DNA of 64,000 nucleotides, taken from the NCBI GenBank assembly GCA_002811645.1, contig PDIP01000001.1:62001-126000 (forward strand). Reading direction: 5' to 3'. The position numbers and the translations under genes are program-made. Shown in pieces: positions 42,201 to 53,229 of this stretch. How positions within the stretch are numbered: position 1 is the stretch's first letter; each line of letters opens with the position of its first letter. The DNA is from Corallochytrium limacisporum Hawaii. Lineage: Eukaryota; Protista; Pluriformea. The notes beneath the pieces are model-generated. The model worked only from the letters and a program-made list of their open reading frames with translations. It ran no database searches and was not told where the DNA came from.

Positions 42201-43777
42201 TCCGAAAGGTAATTACTGGGAAAAGGGATGTGGTCCCATTTGGCTTGCACTAGATGCTCCGCATTGCCAGTGTCCTGGTCCATGTCATCGTGGACAGAAA
42301 ATTGTGTTAAATCCGCAGACTTCTTTGGGCCCAATCCCTTCCGGATCTGTGGCCGGCGGACGTCCTTACTCAGAATCATGTCAAAAGGCAACTGAATGTG
42401 ATTTTTACAGAGGAATAGACTAGCTTCCAGATTTGCCCGGATCGGTGACACAAAACTTACCAGTTTCGCCATGGAGTAGACGAGAATTTTGGATCCACAG
42501 TCTGGGGAGCTAATATAGTTTCCAGCCCCCAACAGGTCAAACCCATGGGCAGTCCACTCCAGCGTCCGCAAGCGAATAGGTTTCCAATCGTAGCCTTTAT
42601 CTTCCCCCTGATGAACTGCTTCGAATGAGCGCCAGTCAGGCGGAATAAAGTTGTCGATCATGCGGCCATACGGAGAAAAGGTGCCTGCACCACCCTTCTC
42701 CCACAACGCTGCACAGATTCCCATGCCTGGGTTCCATTGCAGGTAACGAACCGCTCCTGTCAGTGTGTTGGGAAAGTTCATTTCCGCGAGACTGATGCGA
42801 CAGGCCACTGACATCTGTCGCAGATTGCGATCCGCTCGGCAGACAAGGATCGTACCATCCTCAAGCCCGATGGCGGCCACGTAGTATCGATAGTTCAGTG
42901 CAATGGTTGTGGCTTTGACGCCTGCACGTGTCTTCTCAATGTCGTCACTGTTGATCAATAGCACCTGGCAATCGCTATCATCATCCAGACCCGCAGAGAC
43001 TCGGAAGAGGACTGGAATACCCTCTGAGGTAATACCAGACAGCACCCTCAGTCCCGGACAGTGCCCGAGCTTGTCCATATAGATGCTGGGCGGAGGTACC
43101 GCATTGGTTGTTCCAGGGGCACCTGGCTGTACAGTTATCTTTCGCTTTAGAATGTTGTTGACATGGTAGCTCAGAGCAAGATACCGCGTGCCTGGTCCCT
43201 TGAAGCACTCCACACGGCCATTGCCCATAGCAATATACAGATATGCCCCCACATCGCACAGCGCCCGACAGCCCGAGAGGCACTGGGTTACGTGGACAAA
43301 CTTTAACCATCGCCGTGTTCGGCGCAGCAGAGACTGACTACCATCATCGTCTGCCTGTTCAGGTCCAAAGCCATGAGAATCGTGCAGCACTCCAACACTG
43401 GCGTGGCCCGAACCGGTGATTGTGGAAACATCCCCGTTGTATGTGTACTGTTCCGACTGCTCGTTGGAGTCTAGGATCCTCAGAAACTGGACAAAATCCT
43501 TTGAAGTTTGCAGTGCAATGTGCGTGTTCTTAAAGCATACTGTTGATGCCACAGTCTCACCATATTCGCGCAAACTGCTTGTGCTTCTCACGTAGGAAAA
43601 TGTATGTAGCCAGTGCTTTGAATCAAGCAAAGTCACCGTGTCCTTTGTGACTGTCACGATCACATCAAACGGAAGCCTGTGTATTGCAATAATGTCCTGA
43701 TTCTTGGGGTCAGATTCTTTCTTGGGATCGATATGCACGCCCTCGACCACCAATGGCTGACCGTACGTATAATACAT
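39299..43777 (-). CDS. RIC1: RIC1, subunit of the Ric1-Rgp1 Rab6/Ypt6 GEF
   Basis: MYYTYGQP start, KWRMFGNQMHE, LE.VL..VLDEEA, VAHCARKTE...W..LF..VGDP..LFE.CL, TACSYLIVLQSLE, ELVRFL. Confidence 0.95.
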   Translation of the reverse strand: MYYTYGQPLVVEGVHIDPKKESDPKNQDIIAIHRLPFDVIVTVTKDTVTLLDSKHWLHTFSYVRSTSSLREYGETVASTVCFKNTHIALQTSKDFVQFLRILDSNEQSEQYTYNGDVSTITGSGHASVGVLHDSHGFGPEQADDDGSQSLLRRTRRWLKFVHVTQCLSGCRALCDVGAYLYIAMGNGRVECFKGPGTRYLALSYHVNNILKRKITVQPGAPGTTNAVPPPSIYMDKLGHCPGLRVLSGITSEGIPVLFRVSAGLDDDSDCQVLLINSDDIEKTRAGVKATTIALNYRYYVAAIGLEDGTILVCRADRNLRQMSVACRISLAEMNFPNTLTGAVRYLQWNPGMGICAALWEKGGAGTFSPYGRMIDNFIPPDWRSFEAVHQGEDKGYDWKPIRLRTLEWTAHGFDLLGAGNYISSPDCGSKILVYSMAKLVSFVSPIRANLEASLFLCKNHIQLPFDMILSKDVRRPQIRKGLGPKKSADLTQFSVHDDMDQDTGNAEHLVQAKWDHIPFPSNYLSDNAPISQVAVNDDMDHMAAAGTRGFMIYNMITRKWRMFGNQMHEREISVLGPMVWIGKYVAVPCKCWPSGESQIRIYDSDTVLSNTSCLQMVRLPSMVSCFDHRREFLACCLQDGQFQLYNLEWESQKGAHPGKTPIPQPQATLKSIKLQFSIDFSNQFKGFSEILDSMFILRARSNQDHATDKDPLFKAIVVVNVSGRCLAYPMTNHGMDLGGQVQLSSVAEMVWTNRYSGQTPSYGHENDRDVIYIAEGTNQLKMWYPKSIEALENPKDALFTKPFDQYLPITIHTEAHPLCINSNNAFADGINQDISVESIYPGCPTPFFHLLLTSQIFVQTVLRKLIQHRLYSEAHRFAREHDDMPYFGYALEMVLNDVLDEEAEAKSAADEDAKLGDFVSWLKTYPQYLEVVAHCARKTEVKLWDHLFSIVGDPRDLFEQCLAEGKLETACSYLIVLQSLESQSSARKYATRLIDATLEAEKWSLSRELVRFLTAISSDTSLNADGAAKGGSREPEAMTTPTRSKSGGGSMFGSALYVLFGSGGPEQESPSRADAPAPTPPRRKSSGTRGPQALRQGLIPAVRGNQQPDGFSVEEYYMSMLLGRYARKLMRHYRLRDLVRFGFDLGYDIQGWMSHESQRSMLVHEAPEDAFHAIHSQFKWMHPNAMDSSARERFSGGSFITLASQGVAPSSPLEENAPSIGTRLTREPSLIGNNPLPGTDTLPPLNRAPILRRRADGGLAMVPRIGHVPRSPPDHFHEQQPRGPGVEAVRKTMERLNPPGTNESVLRTETPEPIPLNATKHLDSTTGQGIDDDEHRRAVVISWKRKARELSMIMEMTLDADCWGWTILLALALQKKSIIIEALDECFHHSGTAPDVLKNMHQILLRIYSHTDCPVCMAYHAFLHRLLITLRLIDPDAINGGGAGASIEITAQGSARANVVENGGSAKAPISDGEIVRARRVLIGEPMPDEAK

Positions 43778-44201
43778 GGTGCCGAGAAAGTTCTATTCCC
43801 TCAAGGCCTATCTTCAGAGCCCTCACGTCAGCATTTTCATACTCTGCGATAAAGCAAACTCTTTAATACCATGCTATCGTGCTATTTCGAGCAAAGGCGC
43901 TAGTACTGACTAGATCCATCACAGAAATAGCTTTGGAGTCTTGAGAAGTCAAAACGAGCTGGAGAGCCAGGTTCGCGGGAGACTGAAAAGCCAGCCGTAT
44001 TGGTGCCCCCTCTCCCCTCTTCTAGAGAAGGCGGGAGAGGCACAAAGAGCATGAAACCAGGGTGGCAAACGACGACTCAGCTATTGTACTGCACTTTCAC
44101 TTAGTCGCCAAGTGCGATGGTTAATCATGATAAGCTACGTTCAAGGTCATCTAGTACTTTTTTAGTAATTATTTAGCTATACTTTTGTGTTTGGTTCAAT
44201 C

Positions 44202-44609
44202 CTACAGACGCTTCCAGCCCATACGTGCTTCTACAAGATCATGCAAATCGGCTTCCATCTCGTATTCGTCGCGTCCCAGGACATCCTCGAAATCAATAGT
44301 TTCATCCTGTCCAGTCAAAGTCTCGACCGCAAGATTAGACTCTGGTAAACCAGGCAAACGTTTGGGCTGGCTAGCAAGTGCAAGCTCGGTGTTGATGCGG
44401 AGAGGCATGTGCACTCCTTGAGTGCGTCCCAAGTTGGCCATCTTGGCGTTGTGCGCGTGCTGGTGCCCAACCAGCTGTGCGTGCTCCAGTGGGTGGATTG
44501 TCGACTGGTTTGCTACCGTGCTTTGAAAACCATCGCGCAGAAGATCGGTCTTGCCCACAGCCTCAATGGACTGGGCCTTTGCTGAAGGGGGATGCAGCTG
44601 ATACTCCAT
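44202..44609 (-). CDS. POMP: Proteasome maturation factor POMP/Ump1
   Basis: HPLE, LGRTQGVHMPLR, RLPGLPESN...ETLTGQDETIDFEDVL, H..VEARMG. Confidence 0.93.
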   Translation of the reverse strand: MEYQLHPPSAKAQSIEAVGKTDLLRDGFQSTVANQSTIHPLEHAQLVGHQHAHNAKMANLGRTQGVHMPLRINTELALASQPKRLPGLPESNLAVETLTGQDETIDFEDVLGRDEYEMEADLHDLVEARMGWKRL

Positions 44610-45135
44610 TTTCACAACATGTCAAGTACAACGTTAAATGTACTGGTCCGGTCACTTATAAATCTAAGAATGGTTTGCATGCTAAAATAGCCCTTCCGTC
44701 TTGTACAAGGGTGTAGAGAGTTCGCAAGGGTTTGCTAAAAGGTCACTTATGTACAGCTGCTTGAATCGCGTTGGAAAGTGTTTCCGCAGCTCCCTTGTTG
44801 TCGCTTTAGGCCCCCAGTGACCATCCGAACTCCTTCATGACTTTTCTTGCCGCGTCATTTGGAGGTCGGTACATTCAGTGCCGACTAAGATGGATGCGTT
44901 CGGAGCAGCCAAAGGGGGGGTGGGGGAAAAACAGCCAGTGGACTTCCTTCCCTCCGGTCCACTGCCGCAGGCGTCCACACTGGGTTCGAAAACAATGATA
45001 TAGATCAATATTATTGGCGAGGCTACAGTCCAATGCCAAGATGGGGGAGGGAAGTCCCAACTAATAGACTTCAAGGTATGAATGTATCTAAACTACTTAA
45101 CAATGCTCGATGAGTACCCCCCCAATGGTTACTAT

Positions 45136-46110
45136 CTACTTGGCGGTCTTATTCTTACGGTACAATATCCACTGGATGAAGATGGTGATATCGAAGATCA
45201 GCGTACCGATGGAGCCAACTAAGTACGACAAAGTGGACTCCCAGAAAACAGCATCGACCTGTGGGATACGTAGGATAATGGACATGCCGTACAACGTATT
45301 TGCAGAAATGGCCAAAAGGAACATGCCAATTGACAGACCCTCCACACTCTTGCGCTTGAAGTTCTGCAAAATCTGAGGTGCGCGAGAGCCAAAGTACAGC
45401 ATGCCAGAAGCCCATGCTAGGATGCATCCGGTGATGAAGACCTCCCGTGAAGTTTCTACCTTGGCATCACACAGTGGAGCGCTTGGTCCCGACCCGATGC
45501 CGCGATGACTATGAAAGGGCTCAACTGCCTGCAGCAGAGACCGACCGGGAACGACAGCTATGGTGTCCACGGGCACTGCGCTCATGGAATCAATGGAATA
45601 CACGGTTGATGTGGTGAGAGCTGCCAGAGCAGAAACTGAGACCAGGGTGCCTGTTAGGACAGTTCGCAAAGTAGTTCCATATCCATTCTCATGGCTGCCA
45701 GTCAAAGGTTGGACTTCGTCATCTGACTCTTCCTCAGCCAGTGCATCCTTTAGGTTAGTGCGCCTGTAGATCGCCTTTTGCCAGATAATAAGTATGTCCA
45801 AGAACACAAACCAAATGGACGTGTATAGTTGGAAAGGTAGCTGATGAGTCAAAATACAACCCACTAAAGCCGCAAGGTCACCCAGTAACCACAAAATCAA
45901 CATACCCCAGGTGATTCCGTCGGCATCTTTGTTCTTGTAGTTCTCCCACATCTGCGGGAAGTTCGCCACACCCCACAAAACAATATTCAACAACCCAAAC
46001 ACAACTGAGACAATCTCAGCAGGACTGTAGACACAATCCCGCATGAAGTGTCCAATCCAGTGGTTGTACTCGTGACCGTCTTTGTAGACGGGATCACAGA
46101 CGCAATCCAT
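45136..46110 (-). CDS. PQ-loop lysosomal/vacuolar cationic amino-acid transporter (PQLC2/Ypq-like)
   Basis: Two PQ motifs (FPQMWENYK.K..DG, RAPQILQNFKRKSVEGLS), WLLGD, GSIGTLIFD, and a dileucine-like DEVQPL. Confidence 0.9.
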   Translation of the reverse strand: MDCVCDPVYKDGHEYNHWIGHFMRDCVYSPAEIVSVVFGLLNIVLWGVANFPQMWENYKNKDADGITWGMLILWLLGDLAALVGCILTHQLPFQLYTSIWFVFLDILIIWQKAIYRRTNLKDALAEEESDDEVQPLTGSHENGYGTTLRTVLTGTLVSVSALAALTTSTVYSIDSMSAVPVDTIAVVPGRSLLQAVEPFHSHRGIGSGPSAPLCDAKVETSREVFITGCILAWASGMLYFGSRAPQILQNFKRKSVEGLSIGMFLLAISANTLYGMSIILRIPQVDAVFWESTLSYLVGSIGTLIFDITIFIQWILYRKNKTAK

Positions 46111-47153
46111 TTTCCAATAAATGTAAGTTTCAATAATGGCGTATCCTACTGCTCAGATATATACCGGTGCATTTTCAATTACATTTGACTATCTTTCTCT
46201 GTAATGAACAATAGAACTGATTCTCTAACTGCAACAGTACTCACTGGTGTGGTTCTTCACCACTAAATAGCACAGCGAACCCGAGGAAAGTCAGCAAAGT
46301 GTAGACGCTGATCAGGATGGTCGCGTGGCCGTTGGGGGGCGGGCAGGTGCCCCAGCCCACGGCGATACCAATTATTTGAGCCATGACACCTGCCAATTTC
46401 CATTTCGGACCCTTTCCCATAATGAATATATGTCTTGGCCCAGCAGAATCGGACAAATCGTGCGCTTTCAGGTAGACGGGAGATGTCGTGCTTCCAGCCG
46501 GAAGAGGAAGGGCGGTGCGGAACATCTTGGTTCCCGCTGATCGCCCCACTCCGAGCGGGTACGGCGGGTTTTCTCCGCTGGCCCTGCGCAGCTTCTTCAA
46601 CTGTTGGAATTTTTTGTATGTACCTTGCCCTTTGCCTTCCATCGTTTTTGTGCTGATCCCTCACTTCCATCGGTTCGTGAAAATGTTCCCACAGGTCCTC
46701 GCCAACTGCTGCTACGTCTGTGCGTGTGTGTGCGCTCGCCAGTAATTTCTCTTTAGTGGTTTGTCACCCTTGGCATCCATCTCTGCTTGCGTAGTGGAAC
46801 GATGGCGCCCTGGAACCACGGGGCGGAGCCAACCGGCGCCCCTCGTCTGTGAAATGCGCGGAAGGCCACCGAAGGAAATGAATAATTAATCAATAATATT
46901 TAAATTGATCTATGTTTACCGGGCGGGCCCTTCCCTCGCACCCTGTTGGATTTGGCATTTTGCTGCCGATGGATCGGTTCTCCATCCGAACGGGTTTGGA
47001 AAGACAAAACAGAGCCAAAACATAAGGTTTCAATAATATCAGGTACATGTTGACCACAGTTGTACGTCATCATGCGTCAACTAACCAACCAATTGGTAGT
47101 CAGGCTTGGACAGAACTAAACTAAGCATGTAGCCTAGAGTCTAAGATACAAAG

Positions 47154-48194
47154 ATGTCAGGCCCTTCGCCAAATCCAGCGTTCTGGGATTCTTACCGGAC
47201 CATATCAAACCGTCTAAAAAAGAAGTTCATGCGTAAACCGAACTATCAAGAAGCAGCCCAGGGATTCGAAGCATTATATAAAGCTGCGACAGAACACGGA
47301 GGGTACCAACATGCTGCTCTGTGCGCGATGGGTGTCGTACGGTGCGAGCAGGCACTCGGGGGATCCTCCGCAGGTAAGTGGGTCCTCCAAGCAGGAAGGG
47401 ACTTCGTGAAGACTCAAGACAATATGAACCATGCGTTTTACTCATCATGGCGCGAGTACATTCCGGATGCAGTTAATTGCTACTACGCTGCAGCGGACAT
47501 CTACGTCCAGGAAAAGCGCTTCACGTACGCAGGTTGCATCCTGCTGGAGCTGGCGGAATGTCTCAGTGCCATGGACATGCACACAAATGCAGCCACAGTC
47601 GCGGAAAAGGCTGCATCAACAGCACGCAAGAACATCACGCTGACTACAACAGCGCTGGAAATGGCCTACGAATCATACCAGCGGGTAGGAAAATATGAAG
47701 TTGCGCTGGAGCTCTGCAGCCAAGCAATTCAGAAGCTCAAGATAACCAAACTCAACGATGAGGTGTCCGTAGGTATTCACGAAGCCGTGCTGTCCGACAT
47801 CGGAGAGCAGGGAGAAGAGTTTAACGAGGAAGAGCTGGTACGGAGAGTGAAGCTAAGACAGCGCGCACGGGGTGCTATCGTGAACTTGATGATCTCAAGG
47901 TATCTCCTCACACTGCTCTTAAATCCGAATGCGATCATGGACAGGGGACTCGAGAACCCTGCGAGTAAGTATGTCCTGTCGGATTTAGATGGTCTTGCCA
48001 TGTCAGAAGATGTCAAGAATCTCCTAGAGTGCTTTGCGGATGCGATCGCAGACCGTGACTGGAGCGGCATCTACCACGTCCAACAGGAGCTCTCACTTCG
48101 CCTGCCCGATCTTCAGGCGGACCTATGCCTCCGCATTGCCAGCCAATTCTGCTTGCCTCATGAGACGAATTTGTTGCTGGTCGAGGATGATTAA
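47154..48194 (+). CDS. F8A1: Huntingtin-associated protein 40 (HAP40/F8A1) homologue
   Basis: YRTISNRLKKKFMRKPNY.EA...F matches the recalled HAP40 N-terminal signature. Also A.C.MGVVRCEQALG and DAVNCY; TPR/SNAP-like helical body. Confidence 0.85.
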   Translation: MSGPSPNPAFWDSYRTISNRLKKKFMRKPNYQEAAQGFEALYKAATEHGGYQHAALCAMGVVRCEQALGGSSAGKWVLQAGRDFVKTQDNMNHAFYSSWREYIPDAVNCYYAAADIYVQEKRFTYAGCILLELAECLSAMDMHTNAATVAEKAASTARKNITLTTTALEMAYESYQRVGKYEVALELCSQAIQKLKITKLNDEVSVGIHEAVLSDIGEQGEEFNEEELVRRVKLRQRARGAIVNLMISRYLLTLLLNPNAIMDRGLENPASKYVLSDLDGLAMSEDVKNLLECFADAIADRDWSGIYHVQQELSLRLPDLQADLCLRIASQFCLPHETNLLLVEDD

Positions 48195-49134
48195 GAATAT
48201 AGCAGTGTCTTTCCACATCGACCTCACACCCTGATCGAACGCTGTGATTGATCCGAATTGATCCACCCCTTGACGATAGGGCTGGCTTGTGTGCTCCGGC
48301 ATCCCCCCCCCTTTTGCCCTATTGTTTCCTTACCCCCTGGAAGGGCTCAATACTCAACTGATCGATCACATGGGGGCCCCGAATCCAAACACCCTCTCAA
48401 TCGCAGATCCAACACACACACATAAAGAAATACACCACAAAGTCCGTAAATCTCGTACACAAATTTCTTCTTGTTCAATGTCAGATTCTTGCTGTCGATG
48501 ATTTCCTATAGTGGGTGAATGACCGCCAGTGTGTTGTCTTTCGGCGGCTGGTTCGTTTGCAACAACTTTCTTTTCGCTTTTCCGGGTCGAACAGTGCCAA
48601 GCAAACATAAATGGAGACAAGGGCCCCCAGGCGGGCGGTGGTTTTTTAGGCAAGCAGCACACACATGGCCGGCGGCTTTGGGCCAAAAAGACTAAAGAAG
48701 AGGAGGAAAAAGTCAGGTAGGGGGCGACGCGAGAGGGAGAACCAATGTGGGAGCGAGTGCTAGGATAGAAGGTGCAGTGGACAGGCGGTAGGTCTGCTGA
48801 GACCCCTGAATCCTAGAGTGGGAGAGTTTGGAAAGGAGGCTTAGTGTGCAACAATAGAAGTTTTGTTGGTCGACATTGTGCTACTCGCTCGGATTTTCAC
48901 TGTGGGTCATGATTTTGATCCGGTAACGCTCTATTTAAACTCTACTAGGAGCCGTAGTAACGACCTAATGCTCTTCACGGGTACACAACTATAGCCAGGC
49001 CAACAGATGTTTTTCTTATTGGCCAGTAGCAACGACTAGACTCGACTTGTAGGTCATGTCGAAACACAGCGGATGAATAACAAGTTCGGGATCATTTGAG
49101 GTTGAGTACATAGGAGTATAAACCAACCTTCAAC

Positions 49135-52100
49135 ATGGGGAAGAAGAAGAACAGGAAGCAGAGGGATGACTCTGACGACGACTGGGAGGCCGAGGCCATG
49201 GCTCTTGAGGCCGAGGTCAAGCAGCCTGCCGGTTTTACTGGACTGGAGATCGAAGGAGACGACGATGATAGCGAGGAGGATATGCCGGCTCCCCAGCCCA
49301 AAAAGACCGCAGGATTTGCCGGCCTTGAGGTAGAGGGCGACGACGACGATGATGACGAAGACGAAGACGAGGAGTCCGCGGAAATCATTAAGCCGAGCAA
49401 GAAGCAGAAGAACAAGCCGGAGAAGACTGCTGAGCCTGAGCCTCTTGACCTTCCAGAAGAGATCGAAGCTCCAAAACTGCTGACCAAGGCTGAGAAGGCG
49501 AAGCTGAAGAAGCAAAAGGAGAAGGAAAAGAAGAAAGCGGCGCAAGCCAAGAAGAAACAACAACAGCAGGAGGAGGATGACGAGTTTGACCAACTAGAGC
49601 CGGCCGTAGCCGAGAACGACCAGATTCCTGTGGAAGCACAGGGCAAGAAGGGTAAGAAGAAGACCGAAGAGGACGACTTTGATGCCATTCTTGAGCAGTA
49701 CGGAGAACAGCAGCCTGCAGAAGAGGAGCTGACACCAGAGACCCCTGCCACCCCCCGAGATGGAGGGGACGAAGGGGACGAGGAGGAGGAAGATGCTGGA
49801 GGCAAAAAGAAGAAGAAGAAGAAGAAGAAGAAAGGCGCTGCTGCAGCTGTCGCTGAGGCGGCACCCACCAAAAAGGGACCTAGTGCACTCGCTCAACGTA
49901 TCCTGGAGCAGAAACGTATTGCTGAAGAACAGGAGGAGCGTCTGCGTCAGCTACGCGAAGAAGAAGAGCGCCTACGCCAGGAAGAAGAGGCCCGTTTGGC
50001 GGAAGAGGAGCGCTTAGAAGAAGAGCGTCGAGAACAACAGCGCATCAAGGACAAGGAACGCCGGGAGCGCCAAAAACAGGCTCGCCAGGAACGGGAAAGA
50101 GAAGAGAAGCGCCTGAAGGCACTGGAAATGATGCAGTCTGGAGGCATTGAGATTGCTGCTCTGAAGGACGAGGACGGAGCCGAACCAGAGAAGAGAAAGA
50201 AGCCCGTCTACGGCAAGAAGAAGGGCAAAGGCAAGGGCGCTGGCCAGAGGGATCCTTCTGCCGTTGTGAAGGAAACACCGTCCCCAACACAGACTCCTGT
50301 TGAAGAAAAACAGGAGGAGAAGAAGAAAGAGGAAGAGGTCCCGGCAGCATGGGATGCCAGTAGCGACGACGAGGCAGACAACTGGGAAGACCTTGCCAAT
50401 GATGGGAAGGCTAAAGAAACTGATACAAAGAAGGTTAACGGTGGTGCTGCTGCGGCTGAAGCCGAGGTCCCCGCCGGCATCACTGAAGAGGAACGCAAGC
50501 GGCGCGAGGCCAAGGGAAGGGAGGCCGTCATCAAGCGCCAGCAGGAGGAAGATGCCAAGACGGCTGAAGCGATGCGTAGTCCCATTTGTGTGGTACTAGG
50601 TCACGTCGACGCTGGCAAGACCTCTCTGCTCGACAAAATTCGCAAGACCAAGGTTCAGGCAGGTGAAGCCGGTGGTATCACCCAGCAGATTGGCGCCAGT
50701 TACTTTCCCGCCGATGCCCTCAACCGATACACCAGTAAGTTGCAGGAATCTGGCCGTCTGGAAATTAAGGTGCCCGGTCTGCTGATTATAGACACTCCGG
50801 GCCACGAGTCCTTTGCGAACCTTCGCGCCCGTGGCCAGTCCATGTGTGATATTGCTGTGTTAGTCGTGGATATCCTCAGCGGTCTGGAACCGCAGACGAT
50901 CGAATCCATCCATTTGCTGCGAAAAGGGAAGACGCCTTTCGTGGTCGCATTGAACAAGGTCGACCGTCTTTACGAATGGAAGTCTACCAAGGATGGACCT
51001 ATCGTCCAAAGCATCAAGAATCAGCCTCGCAACGTCCTGCTCGAGTACGAGGACCGTGTGACATTTGTCAAGACGCAACTGGCTGAGCAGGGTCTGAACT
51101 CTGAGCTCTACTACAAGAATAAGGATTTCAAGAAGGTCGTCTCGCTCGTGCCTACCTCTGCCCACACGGGTGAGGGTGTACCAGATCTCCTCATGTTACT
51201 TGTGCAGCTGACCCAGCGATTGATGGCGGACCGTCTCGGATACAATACCAATGTCATGTGCACCGTCCTCGAAGTCAAGGTCGTACAGGGACTTGGTACC
51301 ACGATTGATGTCATCCTGGCCAACGGAGTGCTGCGGGAAGGTGACACGATTGTTCTGTGTGGTTTGGACGGACCTATTGTCACGACCATCCGTTCACTTC
51401 TCATGCCAGCACCGCTCAAGGAGCTTCGTGTGAAGAACCAATACGTCAACCATAAGGAGGTTAAGGCCGCACAGGGTGTCAAGATTGTGGCAAAGGAACT
51501 AGAGAACACTGTGGCCGGTCTGCAGCTCCATGTTGCCCGCGACGAGGACGAGATTGAATTCTACAAGGGAGAAGTGCAGCGTGACCTCGAAAAGTCTTTG
51601 GACGCCTTCCGCACGGATGACATTGGTGTCTCCGTACAGGCTTCCACTCTTGGTTCTCTCGAGGCCATGATGGAGTTCCTTCGCGGCTGCGAGATCCCAA
51701 CTCTTCCGAAGAAGGGAATACCAGTCGCCCGTGTCAACATTGGCCCTGTTCATCGCAAGGACGTAGTGCGGACGTCAACTATGCTCAAACACGATGCCAA
51801 ATTTGCTTGCATTCTAGCCTTTGATGTGAAGCTCGACAAGGACGCGGAGGATATGGCCAAGAAGGAAGGAGTCACCATTTATCAGAGCGATGTCATTTAC
51901 CATTTGTTTGATCGCTTTGTCGAACACATTGACAAATGGTTCCAAGCCAAGAAGGAAGAGTACCGGACCAAGGCCATTTTCCCTTGCCGCATCAAGATCA
52001 TCAGCGAGGATCATGTTTTTGCAAAGCGTGACCCCATTATTGTTGGTGTACGTGTGGTGGCTGGTGAACTGCGTCGCGGTACTCCACTGATCGTCCCTGC

Positions 52101-52377
52101 GAAAGACAAGGTCGACATTGGCATTGTAGAATCCATGGAGAAGGAACACAAGGAGGTTGTCAGTGCCAAGGTTGGGGATGAAGTCGCTGTACGTATCTTC
52201 CCTGGGCCGGGATCCGCACCGAAGCTCGTTGGCCGTCATTTTGAGTGGAACGACGACATTGTCTCCCGCCTGTCGCGTGACTCTATTGATCTGCTCAAAC
52301 TCTACTTCCGTGATGAGCTCAAGAAACCTGACTGGAAACTGGTCATCGAACTGAAGAAAATGCTTGACATTAGTTAA
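49135..52377 (+). CDS. EIF5B: Eukaryotic translation initiation factor 5B
   Basis: Charged K/E-rich N-terminus, RSPICVVLGHVDAGKT, EAGGITQQIGA, DTPGHESF, NKVD, QASTLGSLEA. Confidence 0.98.
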   Translation: MGKKKNRKQRDDSDDDWEAEAMALEAEVKQPAGFTGLEIEGDDDDSEEDMPAPQPKKTAGFAGLEVEGDDDDDDEDEDEESAEIIKPSKKQKNKPEKTAEPEPLDLPEEIEAPKLLTKAEKAKLKKQKEKEKKKAAQAKKKQQQQEEDDEFDQLEPAVAENDQIPVEAQGKKGKKKTEEDDFDAILEQYGEQQPAEEELTPETPATPRDGGDEGDEEEEDAGGKKKKKKKKKKGAAAAVAEAAPTKKGPSALAQRILEQKRIAEEQEERLRQLREEEERLRQEEEARLAEEERLEEERREQQRIKDKERRERQKQARQEREREEKRLKALEMMQSGGIEIAALKDEDGAEPEKRKKPVYGKKKGKGKGAGQRDPSAVVKETPSPTQTPVEEKQEEKKKEEEVPAAWDASSDDEADNWEDLANDGKAKETDTKKVNGGAAAAEAEVPAGITEEERKRREAKGREAVIKRQQEEDAKTAEAMRSPICVVLGHVDAGKTSLLDKIRKTKVQAGEAGGITQQIGASYFPADALNRYTSKLQESGRLEIKVPGLLIIDTPGHESFANLRARGQSMCDIAVLVVDILSGLEPQTIESIHLLRKGKTPFVVALNKVDRLYEWKSTKDGPIVQSIKNQPRNVLLEYEDRVTFVKTQLAEQGLNSELYYKNKDFKKVVSLVPTSAHTGEGVPDLLMLLVQLTQRLMADRLGYNTNVMCTVLEVKVVQGLGTTIDVILANGVLREGDTIVLCGLDGPIVTTIRSLLMPAPLKELRVKNQYVNHKEVKAAQGVKIVAKELENTVAGLQLHVARDEDEIEFYKGEVQRDLEKSLDAFRTDDIGVSVQASTLGSLEAMMEFLRGCEIPTLPKKGIPVARVNIGPVHRKDVVRTSTMLKHDAKFACILAFDVKLDKDAEDMAKKEGVTIYQSDVIYHLFDRFVEHIDKWFQAKKEEYRTKAIFPCRIKIISEDHVFAKRDPIIVGVRVVAGELRRGTPLIVPAKDKVDIGIVESMEKEHKEVVSAKVGDEVAVRIFPGPGSAPKLVGRHFEWNDDIVSRLSRDSIDLLKLYFRDELKKPDWKLVIELKKMLDIS

Positions 52378-52929
52378 ATGTAATCTCTAGCACGAATTAC
52401 ACGTACCCATCATTATATCATAATACATCTGCTAACTTATATCTCCCATCACACGACAAGCAAGAACAATGCATTCACACTTCTAAGCTCTGGTGGAGAG
52501 TTCTCCGCCGCCTGGGATGTCGGCACCGACCAGCTCAGGTGCAGTCCAACCCAGTCTCCCTTCCCCCCTCTGCTTTCCCCTCCTGCTCAAGGCAGCCCCT
52601 TCTGCCTTCTTAAGGGTCCACGTCACGTTCCTTGGCCCCCCTCCCCCAGGGGGGGGGGCTTGCTCCCTCCCCCTCCCTCTCCCCCATCCAAGACTCGGCT
52701 TCCGCTCCCCGTCGCTCCCGGACAGACTGTGGTTTTATGAACGAGCACCGGATGGATCCAAAAAACACCGTGGCCAGTGGAGAGCTAATCGAAAACGATT
52801 TTAAAAGGTATTTGATGCACTGCTCAGGCAGCGGAATAGTGTCGTAAGCTGCAAAATTGACCATTCTTCGATTTCAAGCAGTGATCAAGCACAGAAGTAG
52901 CAGGAAACTTGCAGAAAACAAAACACAAA

Positions 52930-53229
52930 ATGAGTTCAGGAGGTAAACTAAAGGAGTGGATGGACACGCAGAGCCGCTTTGAGAAAGGAGTTGTGACCAA
53001 AATGCTCAATTATACCGGTCTCATGGTGCTTGTCCCTATCTCGAGTTATTTCATAACAGAGTACCTCACAGAAACGTTCAGTCTGTCGGCCTCTCCAGCA
53101 ATCGTGGCAGCAATCGTTGCCGTAGTTTCAGTACAGTTCATCCTCATTAGCTTCATTTACGACGCCATTGATTCGGAAGCGAAGTATCGGACAGAAATGT
53201 CTGAGAAGGAGCAGAAAAAGGCGAAGTGA
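52930..53229 (+). CDS. VMA21: V-ATPase assembly factor Vma21
   Basis: Two TM helices (K.L.YT.LM...PISSYF; AAIVAVVSV..ILISFIY.A) and a C-terminal KKAK ER-retrieval signal. Confidence 0.85.
   Translation: MSSGGKLKEWMDTQSRFEKGVVTKMLNYTGLMVLVPISSYFITEYLTETFSLSASPAIVAAIVAVVSVQFILISFIYDAIDSEAKYRTEMSEKEQKKAK

Noticed and set aside
49054-50599. Several long antisense and alternative-frame ORFs
   Set aside because: Shadows of the low-complexity K/E/D-rich eIF5B N-terminus.
19033-53229. Apparent cluster of trafficking genes (COPZ, GOT1, TMCO4, AAK1, RIC1, HAP40, VMA21)
   Set aside because: Interspersed with unrelated housekeeping genes; plausible by chance and not testable here.
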